The notes under the pieces: model-generated
The model's database searches: none
Told to the model about the DNA's origin: nothing
Seen by the model: only the letters and a program-made list of their open reading frames with translations
Translations under genes and position numbers: made by a program
Shown: positions 26,964 through 38,334 of the stretch, one piece after another
Layout of the letters: each line of letters opens with the position of its first letter
How positions within the stretch are numbered: position 1 is the first letter of the stretch
Assembly: GCA_000165425.1 (NCBI GenBank)
Contig: CT868274.1
Span: 186,001-250,000 of the forward strand
DNA length: 64,000 nucleotides
Source: Paramecium tetraurelia
Taxonomy: Eukaryota
Reading direction: 5' to 3'

Positions 26964-29900
26964 ATGAACTTGTTTAGCCATGATGAAATTAATTTATTGG
27001 AGGTATCCAAATAGAGGATTGCTAGGCAGCATAAGATGGAAAGTTAGAATTCATAAAAAATCAGTTAACTTCTTTGACATCTCGACAATTATAAGATGCT
27101 TGTAAGAAAACAGATTATTATGGCAGAAACGCATTGCATTATGTAATTGAACCACTAAATTAGGCGGCATACCGAGGACATTACAACGTTGTTGAGTATT
27201 TTCTTGATTTACAATGCATAAATATTAACTCATCAGATAATAAGGGTAAGGTTTCATTCACTATTATTGAGGTAACACAGCATTGATGCTTGCATGTGTT
27301 CGTGGGTATAATTCAGATATCAACACTTTGAAGGATGGTTAGAAATTCGCTATATGTTCTTTACTGATAGAAAGAGGAGCATCAGTTGAATAATATAAGA
27401 AAAAAGGGATAAATAATCCATTGCATTGGGCTTGCTTCTTTGGAGATCTAAAAACAACCAAATTGTTAATGTATATAGAGCCTAGTTTAAGTAATCCTAT
27501 TAATCAGTTTATAGTGCTTTTTACAAATGACAGGGATTAGTTTCCAATTGATTTATCACTTATGACAGGAAAAGAGCTGGATGACAGGCAAGAGGATGAA
27601 AGGGTTTTGGAGTACATGATAATGAAGTTTTTGGCTCAATATCTCGATAATGAAGAGCATAAGAAAAAATTGGATGCTCCAGATGAAGAATATGAATCAT
27701 TTAGAAAATTGAATAAGCACTCCCTTAATCTTAAATCCACAAAGTAATTAGCTTAGGTTGGCCTTAGATATCTATTTTGGGCAAGTACTTAGGGTAGATT
27801 GGATCTAGTAAAACCTCTATTGAAATGTAAGTATTCGCCTTTTGAACAATCTTATAAAGGAAGAAATGCTCTTCATGCTGCTATCTATCACAATAGATTA
27901 GAATTAGTAGTGTTTTACTTGGAATCAGAAGAATCCAGAATGTTTCGAAAAGAGAATGTAATCAATCTTGTGACAAAAGATAAACCATAGACAGCTTTAC
28001 ATATTGCAGTTGAGAGAGGTCATATAGAAATTGTGAAAATATTAATAAAAAAAGGAGCAGACCCAAATTACTATAACTTTCGTAATCACAGAGCTTTTGA
28101 TTAATCTAGGTTGAATGAAATAAAACAACTAAAGAGAGAACTATTCCATAATGATGAAAAGAACTATTTAAGATCAGGATACAATCACATATTGGTAGGT
28201 TGGGAAAAGAGTAAAAATTAGTTATTGGAATAACAATTTAATAATATATCAATCAAAAAGAATATTGAAAAAGGATAATTTAAATACATATTTTATGAAT
28301 CTATTGATAAGCAATTTACTTATTATTGTTTAAAGGTGGATGAAAGACTTAAAAATGTAGTTGCTGATGAGAACAAGATGATGATTTATAATTCAAGAGA
28401 AGGATACTTATCCCCTTTTAATTTGAGTATCTAAGAATAGTTTGAAAACTTTCATCACATTCACAACCAATAGATTCTTCTGACATTACTATATGATGAA
28501 TTTGATATTGAATAATTTATAAGCGATGGATTACTTTTAGAATAGTTTCCCTTGCATGATGAAGAAGAAAAAGAGTTAATCATTAAATTTTGGAAAAATG
28601 AGAGGATAAATATTTTATTTGAGCCATTTCAATTAAAATAATCAACAACTCGTACCTTTAGTGCATTATCAACTTATTTTGGACCAGAAATAGGATTTTT
28701 TTTTGTATTTCTATGTTTCTTTTCAACTTGGCTATTTTTACCTGCATTTCCAGGATTAGTCTTAGGAATATACGCATTTATTGATAAAGAAACCATTTTA
28801 GCAATTTCTCCAATCTACACCATATGCATGGCTGTTTGGGCTACTATCTTTTTTGAATTTTGGAAGAGAAAATAGAGTGAAACTATGTACAATTTTGATA
28901 TGCATGTGACAAAAGAACAAAGAAGAAATATCCCATAATATAAAGGGTCATTTATAATAGAGGATGTGACACATACCATTGAAATAATGGATACAAGGAA
29001 TGTATAGTGGAAATACTTTAAATCAAATACTCCTTTAGTGATTTTGGCAATTATTTTAATTGGCGGTTAGCAGACTGGCTATTTTTATTTGAAACAAGTT
29101 TATGAGGATGATGATTTTTATCAAACGTTATGGGCCATTCTTTTAGCTTTCACAGTATTAATTACTAATGAAATTTTCAATTACTTTGCTAAACACACAT
29201 TAACTTATGAGAATCACCAATTTCAAGATGAAAGAGAAAATGTTTATATCTTAAAGGTTTTTGCCTTCACTTTCCTTAACTCTTTTGGTCGTCTTTTTTA
29301 CAGAAGTATAATAAAACCTGATCAAGATGAGTTACATCTCTTCAGCATTTCCTTTACCATAACATGGTCTCTTGTTCATCTAATCAGGTACACTATATTA
29401 CCATGGATATCTTTTACATTCATTAAATTCAAATTCAATAGAGACTTCAATAGATATAAATAATAAAACAATAAATCAATCAACACACTCTAAAAGATAG
29501 GAGATACAGAAACCAGTGGAATCAATAAATCATTTGATAAGGGAGTATCTTCTTTATATTTCCTTTAGCAAATTGAATTAAATAAAAGGATGATAGATCC
29601 ACCAGATCATGTTGAACAATTCACATATTTTGTAATTATGACATCAATAACTAGATGACTTAATTTTGCATGGTTACAATGTTTAGCGCAGGTTCCTAAA
29701 TTATACCAATCATTACTCTGTTTTTTAATTTACTCAACATTGAAGGATTGTTATATGGCTACAGAAGGTTTGTCAAGAGACCCTTAGCAGAACCAAAAAA
29801 GAATATAGGAGTGTGGAATGACATCTTATAATTAATTGGCTATATTGGTATAGTTTCAAATTGCTTAACTATATATCAAGCCAATTAGTCATAGTTAAAT

Positions 29901-30177
29901 TACTTGGTTGGAGCTAGTGAAAGTTCTAATCAAGATTAAACAAATGTAAATTTATCATTAAAATTAGCTCGGATTGAGAAACTTTTTATTATTAATTGTT
30001 GCTGAACATATAGTAATTGGAATCAAATTTGTAATAGAAGGAGTAATTCCAGATGAACCTGAATGGGTTGAATTAGTCTTGAAAAAAGAAGAATATTTAT
30101 CGGAAAAGAATAAGTCGAATAGCAAAAGGAATGAATCATCAATTAAACCCCTAGAAAATAAAATAAAAAATGATTGA
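26964..30177 (+). CDS. Ankyrin-repeat plus anoctamin (TMEM16) domain membrane protein
   Basis: Ankyrin motifs GRNALHYAAYRGH, GNTALMLACVRG, NPLHWACFFGD, GRNALHAAIYHNR, TALHIAVERGH; anoctamin motifs FPLHD, TYFGPEIGFFF, FFEFWKRKQ, LTYENH, NIGVWNDIL, VIPDEPEWV. Confidence 0.9.
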
Positions 30178-30663
30178 TCTTTATCATATATATATAAACA
30201 ATTTTTTTAAATTAATAATTTAAATTCCCTTATTAAACAGGACTAACAGTTTTAGAATTTTATGATAAGAGTGGAGAAATCTAATTTGACAGAGTTATTG
30301 TATGTTGATTTTACTAGTTTATTCACATGTGTCTTTAAATAGAAAAATATTGAGCACAAGAAAATAAACAATAATTTTAAATAAAGAAAGATAAAATTTA
30401 ATAAATATATTTGGAATATACATTCAATTTGATATTAATATAATATATGATAGAATAAAATATGAGGCCGATTAAGATTTCATATTTACTTTTAATAACC
30501 TTAACTTATAATAAAAATGATAAGTTTTAATTATGAAAGTAATTATTAATTTATATTTTGAAAATTAAGAATACATTTATGAATTAGTTAATAAAATAAG
30601 AATATGTTTCTTATAATTTAAATTATATTGTATTCTAAGAATAATATTAGATGTGAATAAGTC

Positions 30664-31372
30664 TCAAGTCTTCATTTACTTATGCTATTCACCAAGAATC
30701 TTTAAAATTTATGAGTTTAAACTATACTTTAACATTAATGGAATTTTATTAATATTAGAACATTTTTCTTGATTTTGAGTTCTTGCAAATTAGATTTATT
30801 GTTTTTCTAAGCAATTTAGAGTAGAATTGGGAGTTATGAAACTGAACTCATTAGTGATGGTTTTCTGTTGAAGAATTGTGTTTATATCATTTGTAAACCG
30901 TAGCACAGCCTACTAGTTACTTAACAAACTTAGAATTTGAGATTGTTTTTTTTATATTAACTCTTTTAACATTTGTTCTTTAAACTCTTTTGCTGAACTA
31001 TCATCATCATTACTAACTTTAAATTCCTCAGTTTAGTATCCTAAATTAATAAGCTTTTCGTTCCTTTAAACATTAGTATAATATTATACATATCATCAAC
31101 AACAAATAGTTGTACCTAGGCAATTGAGTTTAAAATTTTATCCCTCTTTTCTTTTTTTTAGATTCTCCCTTCCTTTTTATAAACTTAATAAATGGCTTTT
31201 ATTGTTGAGATATTGTGCCCTGTTATCAAAGAAACCTGAAAATAAAAAAATATTGTACATGAGAGGTCGAGTACTTGTACTCTTCAATATACTAAATAAT
31301 GAGCGCTCTTTCACTAGAATTTAGGCATTTATATTTAGATCTTTAGTTTTTTTATTTTTTAATTTTCATCAT
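30664..31372 (-). CDS. Homeodomain-like helix-turn-helix protein (ciliate-expanded type)
   Basis: RSKYKCLNSSERALIIQYIEEYKYSTSHVSLITGHNISTIKAIYQVYKKEGRIQKK after splicing a short intron; ends ILGEQHKQMKT*. Confidence 0.7.
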
Positions 31373-32219
31373 AAAATAAATCTAAAAATGGAATCCCTTT
31401 TTAATATGGTTTAATTATTAATTAAGCTTGGAATAAATCAATAATATATATTTCAACATTGGACAAAACTTATAAATTAGCATAATTAAAATATATAGTA
31501 TAGTTTTAATCTTAAGTATAATATAAGCTTCGATAACTATTTTTAATAAAATAGACTGTAACTAATATTTAAATAATTTGTATTACTCAATAATAAAGAA
31601 TATTTATTATTATAAATTTTAGATAAATAATTATCTATCCTTAAACTTTTCAGTTTAAAAATTGGCGTTCTAAAATAATGAGTATTTAACATGAATAATG
31701 TATAAGCATGATTATTTCTGATTTTCACAATACTTCAAAAAATATAGATACCTTTCTCAATTTCCTAATTTAGATTTACTTTTTGTCATTATTAAGTAAT
31801 CTAGATAGTATAGAATGATAGTAAGATTATTCATTTGTTAATTTTGATTAAAAGAGGAAGTTTTTAAGTTTTCTTCTAATTAATTAATTCAAGTTAGAAA
31901 TATACATTTATAGAATTACTTTAATTTGTTTATAAATGCTCTCAATCCACTTTAAAAATTATTTAAACAGGCAACCAATTGGTTTAATATTATTAACCTT
32001 TTAATAATTGAAATTAAAAAAAAATAATAATTTATATTTTCTCAAATTGATCTTAATGTTTATTTTTCTTAATTTTCCCTAGAATTTTTAGGAGTATATT
32101 TTTGAGTCTTATAACAATAATTATACTCTCAATTTAAATTGAATAATTTAAAGAATAAAATGGAAGTAATTAAACATCCTTTATGACAATAATATATTAT
32201 GATATAATGATTTAATTAT

Positions 32220-33713
32220 TCATTCCATTCCGAAAACTCCTTCGAGATCATTAAGAACAATAGATCTCAAAAATTTTCGCATAAGTTCTTAGCTAGTGTA
32301 TTTTGGAAGTTCGAGCCTATTGAAGCATGTGTGAGCTATTGGAAAAGAATTGCCATTTTTATAATCAATAGGAACGATCTAGAATTTTGAATACATTCCT
32401 CTATTGGACTCAAGTTTACTGAAACCACTATATAAAATGCAATAATTAATTAAATACTTAACTGGTATCCTGTAAGAACCAGTACAATAATGTAAGAACT
32501 TTTTTAATTAATCTTGATCGAATTCTGATAATACCTTCCAAAACCACTGTATTTATTGAGAATTTTCAGCATATGGTGTTTTATATATTGTATGTTATTT
32601 CCACTCAGCTAAATCTACGACAGGTACACCGTAAAGTATCATTTCAAATTCTTCAGCTGTGAAAATATTTAAATAATCCTATGGAACATATTTATATAAA
32701 GAGTTTTAGATTTAAGCAAGCTATTTTGATATTAATTTTTCACTATAGAATTAGATGCTTCATAATAATAATAATAATAAATGATACCTTAAATCAACGA
32801 ATTCTTGTTTATTTTAGTTTGTTACCAAAATATCAGCTCCATTTTACTTTAATTCAATTATTTCATCATCTTTACATATGATAAAATATTATTATAATTG
32901 ATTTTCATCAAATTAGTTTTCAAGTAAGTATTTCCAACTCAAAAACAAACTTTTGTCATAACATTGCATGTCTTAAAATGAGATTTCTTAACCAAGCAAT
33001 TTCTTAACTAAAGGTCTATCAAATTCAACACAAATAGTCATTCTTTCAAAAAGAGCCTTTGCTATTGCTAAGCCAGCTAAATCAAAATATTGACTCTGTT
33101 TAGCAATTTTATAGGTAACATCATTAGTTTCTGTCAATGTAAAGATGTCCTTACACATTTCTTTAAAAATCAGAGTCAACCATTCTCTTAATAAACCTCC
33201 TGCATCTTAGACTTTATCGTTCAAAAATACTACTTTGACTTCCTTATAAAAATTAACACTCCTTGCTGAAACCAAAGAAGTTTATAATAAATCATTAAGA
33301 TTGACATTCAATTTGTCTGATCCTAATTGCCAAGGAATACGAAATTTTTCAAGTTAAAGATTGAACCACATTTATTTCTCAGGAAAAGATCGATTCTTAA
33401 TTTCTTGAGCACTTAAATTCTAATAAAATTGATAAAATGTTCTTACATATATCTACCCACCATTCACTTATGATTGAATTCTCTTCCATTGATTGTTTTA
33501 CTTCACCCAAATGTAATTATCTCCCAATTAATCTTAAGTTTAAGGCATTTGAAATTCAACATTATGTATTGGTTATTAAAGAAGTAGACAATGGTCTATA
33601 TGACTATTAAGAACAAAGTAGGTAGTAGAGGGACCAAACTTACGATCGCAATTTGGACATTTGGCTTCTTAACCAATTTTTGAATGCTAATTATTTGAAC
33701 TTCTGTTCCCCAT
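32220..33713 (-). CDS. HECT E3 ubiquitin ligase with N-terminal UBZ-type zinc finger
   Basis: MGNRSS start; CPNCDRKF...LNSHIDHCL; HECT DAGGLLREWL, FLHYCTGS, catalytic FPIAHTCFNRLELPKY, terminal GVFGME*. Confidence 0.93.
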
Positions 33714-33805
33714 TTTAGAACTAATAATAATCAATTTCAGAGATAAAAACTCATAAATAACAAATAAAAGATATATAATTCTATAGGTATTTATGTTCTT
33801 AATAC

Positions 33806-34655
33806 TCAAACAACAGTTTAAGTGATTTATGAATCGCACAAATCAGCTTCTTCCACAGTTTAATTCAAATTCGTAATTGGTCTTGGAGGAAAACCTGAAA
33901 TTAACTAAATTTATTTTTGAGGAGGCAAATTCATCATTCTTGACACTTAAATATATTGAAATACTTTAAAAGATGCTATTGAATGGCTGTCACTCTTGTT
34001 GTAGTATTAACTGTTAATGTAATTGTGTTTCCAGTTGATAGTCTAACCTAGATATTAGTTGTTGGTTGATTTGGGTTAATTGGTATTTAACCTTATTTAC
34101 TCAGATCAACCTTAACTTATTGTTATTATTAAACAAATTATTATTAACCCAAACTAACACCAGCTCCTCCGAATTCCACATATTTTGGTGGAGGAGGTGG
34201 GACATATTTTTCTTATGTTCTATCTTCCAATTTTACACTCAATCCTTTTTTGGCATATTATTATCGCAGCTATGTTGGTACTTAACTTTTATCATAATTA
34301 GTATCATTTACTTTTATTTTAATTCGGCAATGAATTTCTTATTTTCTGGGTCATTGATGTCTTTGAATTCTCCATCATTTATTTAAAATCCATTATTCCA
34401 TAATGTTATTTTGCACCACTCTTTTGGATCCTCCTCTCCATCAGGGCGAGAGCCTCCTTGCTTTCTATATACATTTAATAGAATAATACGCTTTATTGAT
34501 CAATTCATCAAAATCTGGAGGATTTTCTATTGAGAGTCCACTTAGAAATTTAATTTAAAAACATACCTCTTTTCACCTCCGGCATAAGAATTACTGGTTT
34601 TCTTTTGCTTTTCATCTTTCTCATTTTTCTTTAAATCATCTAAAGTTCTAAACAT
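33806..34655 (-). CDS. p47/Shp1-like SEP-UBX cofactor of p97/Cdc48
   Basis: SYAGGEKSGL motif, SEP ITLWNNGFQINDGEF...DPENKKFI, SHP box FGGAGVSLG, UBX SGFPPRPI. Confidence 0.9.
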
Positions 34656-34693
34656 GCCCAAAAAATATTTATATTTAATAAAATAATAACATT

Positions 34694-36023
34694 TCAATCA
34701 AAACATGTAAGTAACTATTTTGCTATACTTGATAGATCTTCGTTTTAGGACATAAACAAAAACTCTACCTTAAAATAACATATATAAAGATACCTTATTT
34801 TTATATTTATACAATATATTGTAATACACATCATCTCTCATTGTATCTCCAAATTCTAATATTCTCTTAACATACTTTAGAATAGCAATTTAATTATTTG
34901 GATCATCTGCATTCAAATTAAGTAATTAAGAACAATAATAATTTTCATCTATAAGTTAAGGGTAATCATGTAAGAATTCATCATCTTTCATTAGACATTC
35001 TAAGACATTTAAACTTTTTTCTAAGTATTCAGAATCCAATGAAATTTCTATTATCAAATTTAACACTTCCTTCTAACATACGTAATATTATATTTCCTCC
35101 AATTCTACTACATTATAAAATAAAGTTAATAGAGCTTTAATGCAATGTGGATTTTTTGATGTCAAAAATAAATTACAAATAAAACTATTAATTTCTTTTT
35201 GTTAGAATATCTAATAGAGTAAATAAGAATCCGTAATTTCTTGTAAAATTCTTAAGATTATTGAAGTGATATTATCATCATTTTTTAGTAAATATCTAAT
35301 AGCATGAAGAACCAAATGATGATTGCTGAATTCCATTCTTGATGTTAGAATGTAAGCACATTGAAATGCTATATGTTAAGGCATTAATTAACACAATGTT
35401 TCAACTAAATAATTACTCAATATTGACTTAAATTAAACAATTTTAACACAAATATGGACTAATAATTTTTTGTATGTTTCCTCTGAGATAATATTAGCAT
35501 TTTTATTAAGGACTAATAATAATTCATCATCTTTCATTAAATATTCGAAAACGTCAATATCATAATCTGCTAATAAATTTTAAATGATTTCAATAACAAA
35601 TTCATTGTATATTGGATTTCGAATATCGGTGTAAAGTATTTTTAAAAAATCGAAATTCGTATCAAATAGAAATCTAGATCCAACTTTATCTCCTAAAGTA
35701 AGATTGCAAAGGATCCAATAAATGGTAATTCTATAATTTTGTTGACAATTCAATTCAAATTAGAGAAGCAAATCATTCATGAGATCTTGCTCTACTAAAT
35801 AATCATAATATTTGATCATAGCTTTAGGAAAATCATTTTCGATATTTTCTTGAATGGCAATCATTTGTTTTTTAATAATCCTAAGTTTATCATTCAGATC
35901 AAGATCTTCTTATTCTGGTATAATGATTCTCTTTTTTTTGAGTTATTATTCAATGAACTCTTTTCTAATGGCAGTTCTGAACTTCTCCCTCTTGACATTC
36001 AAAATTGATGAAGATTAATCCAT
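34694..36023 (-). CDS. Divergent importin-alpha-like ARM-repeat protein
   Basis: IBB-like KREKFRTAIRKEFIEQQLKKKR and ARM-like IIWILCNLTLGD; helical Leu/Ile-rich body. Confidence 0.65.
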
Positions 36024-36059
36024 TATATATATAATTGTGTTTTTTTTGGTATTATTATA

Positions 36060-37119
36060 TCAAATTTAGATGGCTTATTTTTGGAACACATTTTAAGCCT
36101 TGTTGACATCGCCAACAGTGAATAAGTTTTACAGGTTGCTAACATCAACAGACTAGAATGATATTAGAAGATTATCATACTTATTGTTATTCACTGAGAA
36201 CTGAATCGTCTACTACAAGACTATAATTGTCATAATACTTCAGAATCTATTAGACTTTGTTTACTTTCTCTCCTCCAGTCAAAACTGTGTTGTAGCCTCT
36301 TTCCAATCCTCCAACGACTATGATATTAGAAAACCTTAGACTTACCGATGCTGAAGTTGGTTACAGTTTAAGGATCTCCTGACACTATTACATGTTTGGA
36401 TCCCTGCACTTTGTCACTCAATTTTGCTAAGTCCTAGTAAGTGTAGGTTTAGAGTTATCCATTTCTCAATTGAGCTGTGACTGGTCCTGTAACAGTTGGG
36501 AGAGAAAGGCGATTGAAGTTCTTGGAGGCGTAAACCAATGATTCCTAGGGGCTTCAATAGTTTAATACTCTGAATTTATAGGTGCCTGGATATGAGTAGA
36601 ATCCAGTATGAATTAACCATTTCAAATTAGTAAATTTACTACTCTTCAGACTTTCTCCTGAGTGAGCTTGGGACAGATTAATTTATAATAGATACTCTAT
36701 GTGGTTTCTGGGACGAGGTTTTTAAGGATTTCAATGAACTTGGTATCTCCGACTAGTTGATTTGGTGAAAACACGATTCCTTTGGGGTTGACAATACTAA
36801 TAGTCTTTTCAATTTCATTTCGATCATCGGATCTGAAGGGTACTGTAATTACTCCAGCTTTGGCTGCTCCAGCAAATGTAGTGGCAGCTTCACTTGTGTT
36901 GGATCTACCAAGCAAGAGCAATAGTTTGTCCCCTTGTTTCCAACCTTATTCAATCAATCCATATGCGAATGCACTTGAATGTGTCTCTCAATAACAACTA
37001 TTGTATACATCAAATTCGCCGAAAGTCCAGGTGAGATTTTAATTCTCAAATCTGAACCCATTCTTAAGTGGATTTTATTTTGCTAAGGTTGAGAATCCTT
37101 GATAAATAAATCGTAGCAT
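36060..37119 (-). CDS. Truncated acyl-CoA synthetase (AMP-binding)-like protein with a mitochondrial-type presequence
   Basis: MLRFIYQGFSTLAK start; TWTFGEFD..HSSAFAYGLIEQGWKQGDKLLLLL...AAKAGVITVP matches the ANL-family N-terminus; no intact (S/T)SG(S/T)TGxPKG P-loop seen. Confidence 0.7.
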
Positions 37120-37153
37120 TTTTAATAAATAATTTAAATATATATAAATATAA

Positions 37154-38277
37154 ATGTTTCTTCTTAATTGGTTTGGAGGTAATAGCAATTAGAGTGGAAA
37201 GAACAAGAAAAAGAAGAAGAAGTAAAATGTGGTGTAGAATCTCAACAAGACTTTGATAAATCCAATGAAAGAAATCAAATTATTTGGACATTCAAAGATG
37301 GGATATGGTCCCAAAAAGACTGAATGTCAAGATTCTTATTGTACTATGGAAAGATTTACTGAAGATTGTTATTTTTTCGCAGGTTTAACTTCATTTTTAT
37401 AATAAGTGTATGATGGTCACGGTTCCTCAGGCAAAGAAGCATCCTAGGCAGCCAATGATTATATTTAAACTTTCCTCGAGAAAAACCCAAAGAGAATCAA
37501 AGCATTATAGAATGATAAACAAAGAGAGAGTTTTTTGAAGAGTGCTTTTAAAAATGCTGAAGCTAAACTAAGATCATCTGGTATAGATTACAGTAATTCT
37601 GGAACATGTGCAATATCAATATTTGTAGTTAAGAATATGTGTTATATTGCCAATCTGGGTGATTCTAGGGCAGTACTATTTAGATAAACTGCAAAAGAGA
37701 AACTGGCCATTGAATTATCCTATGATCATAAACCAACAAGACCAGATGAGAAGGAGAGAATCATAAGATGTGGGGGTAAAATCGAAAGGCTGATTCATGA
37801 TGGTTAGCCAGTTGGACCATATCGTATTTGGGCAGACGATGAAGGGCCAGGAATTGCCATGACTAGAACGTATTGAAATTCAAATTATGTATAGATTGGG
37901 AGATTTGCAAGCTAAGAAGATTGGTTTGATTTCCGAACCAGAAGTCTAACATATTGAATTAACAAAATAAGACAAATTCATGGTAATTGGATCGGATGGT
38001 GTTTGGGATGTGATGAGTAGTGCAGAAGTCTGTGGATTTGTTTTAAAACATGAGCCTAAGGAGAGTGTGGCTGAAGCTATTGTAAATGTTGATATTTATA
38101 TAGGTTACTGAATGTAGATCCAGATGGGATGAAATGAACAAGTAAAAGAAGACAAATTCTAAGATTGGAGATTTACCATACCTGAAATTCGGTTGTGATG
38201 ATATTACTGCTGTAATTGCTTATTTCACATTTATTGATGAATTGGAAGACAACTATTTCCAATAACAGAGATATTGA
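37154..38277 (+). CDS. Protein phosphatase 2C
   Basis: CQDS, VYDGHG, SGTCA, ANLGDSRA, DHKP, GIAMTRTLGD, GSDGVWD, GCDDITA; three short introns. Confidence 0.95.
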
Positions 38278-38334
38278 ATCATAAATATAAGAAAATAATA
38301 TTTTATGATTTATATTTTTTGATAAATATTGATA

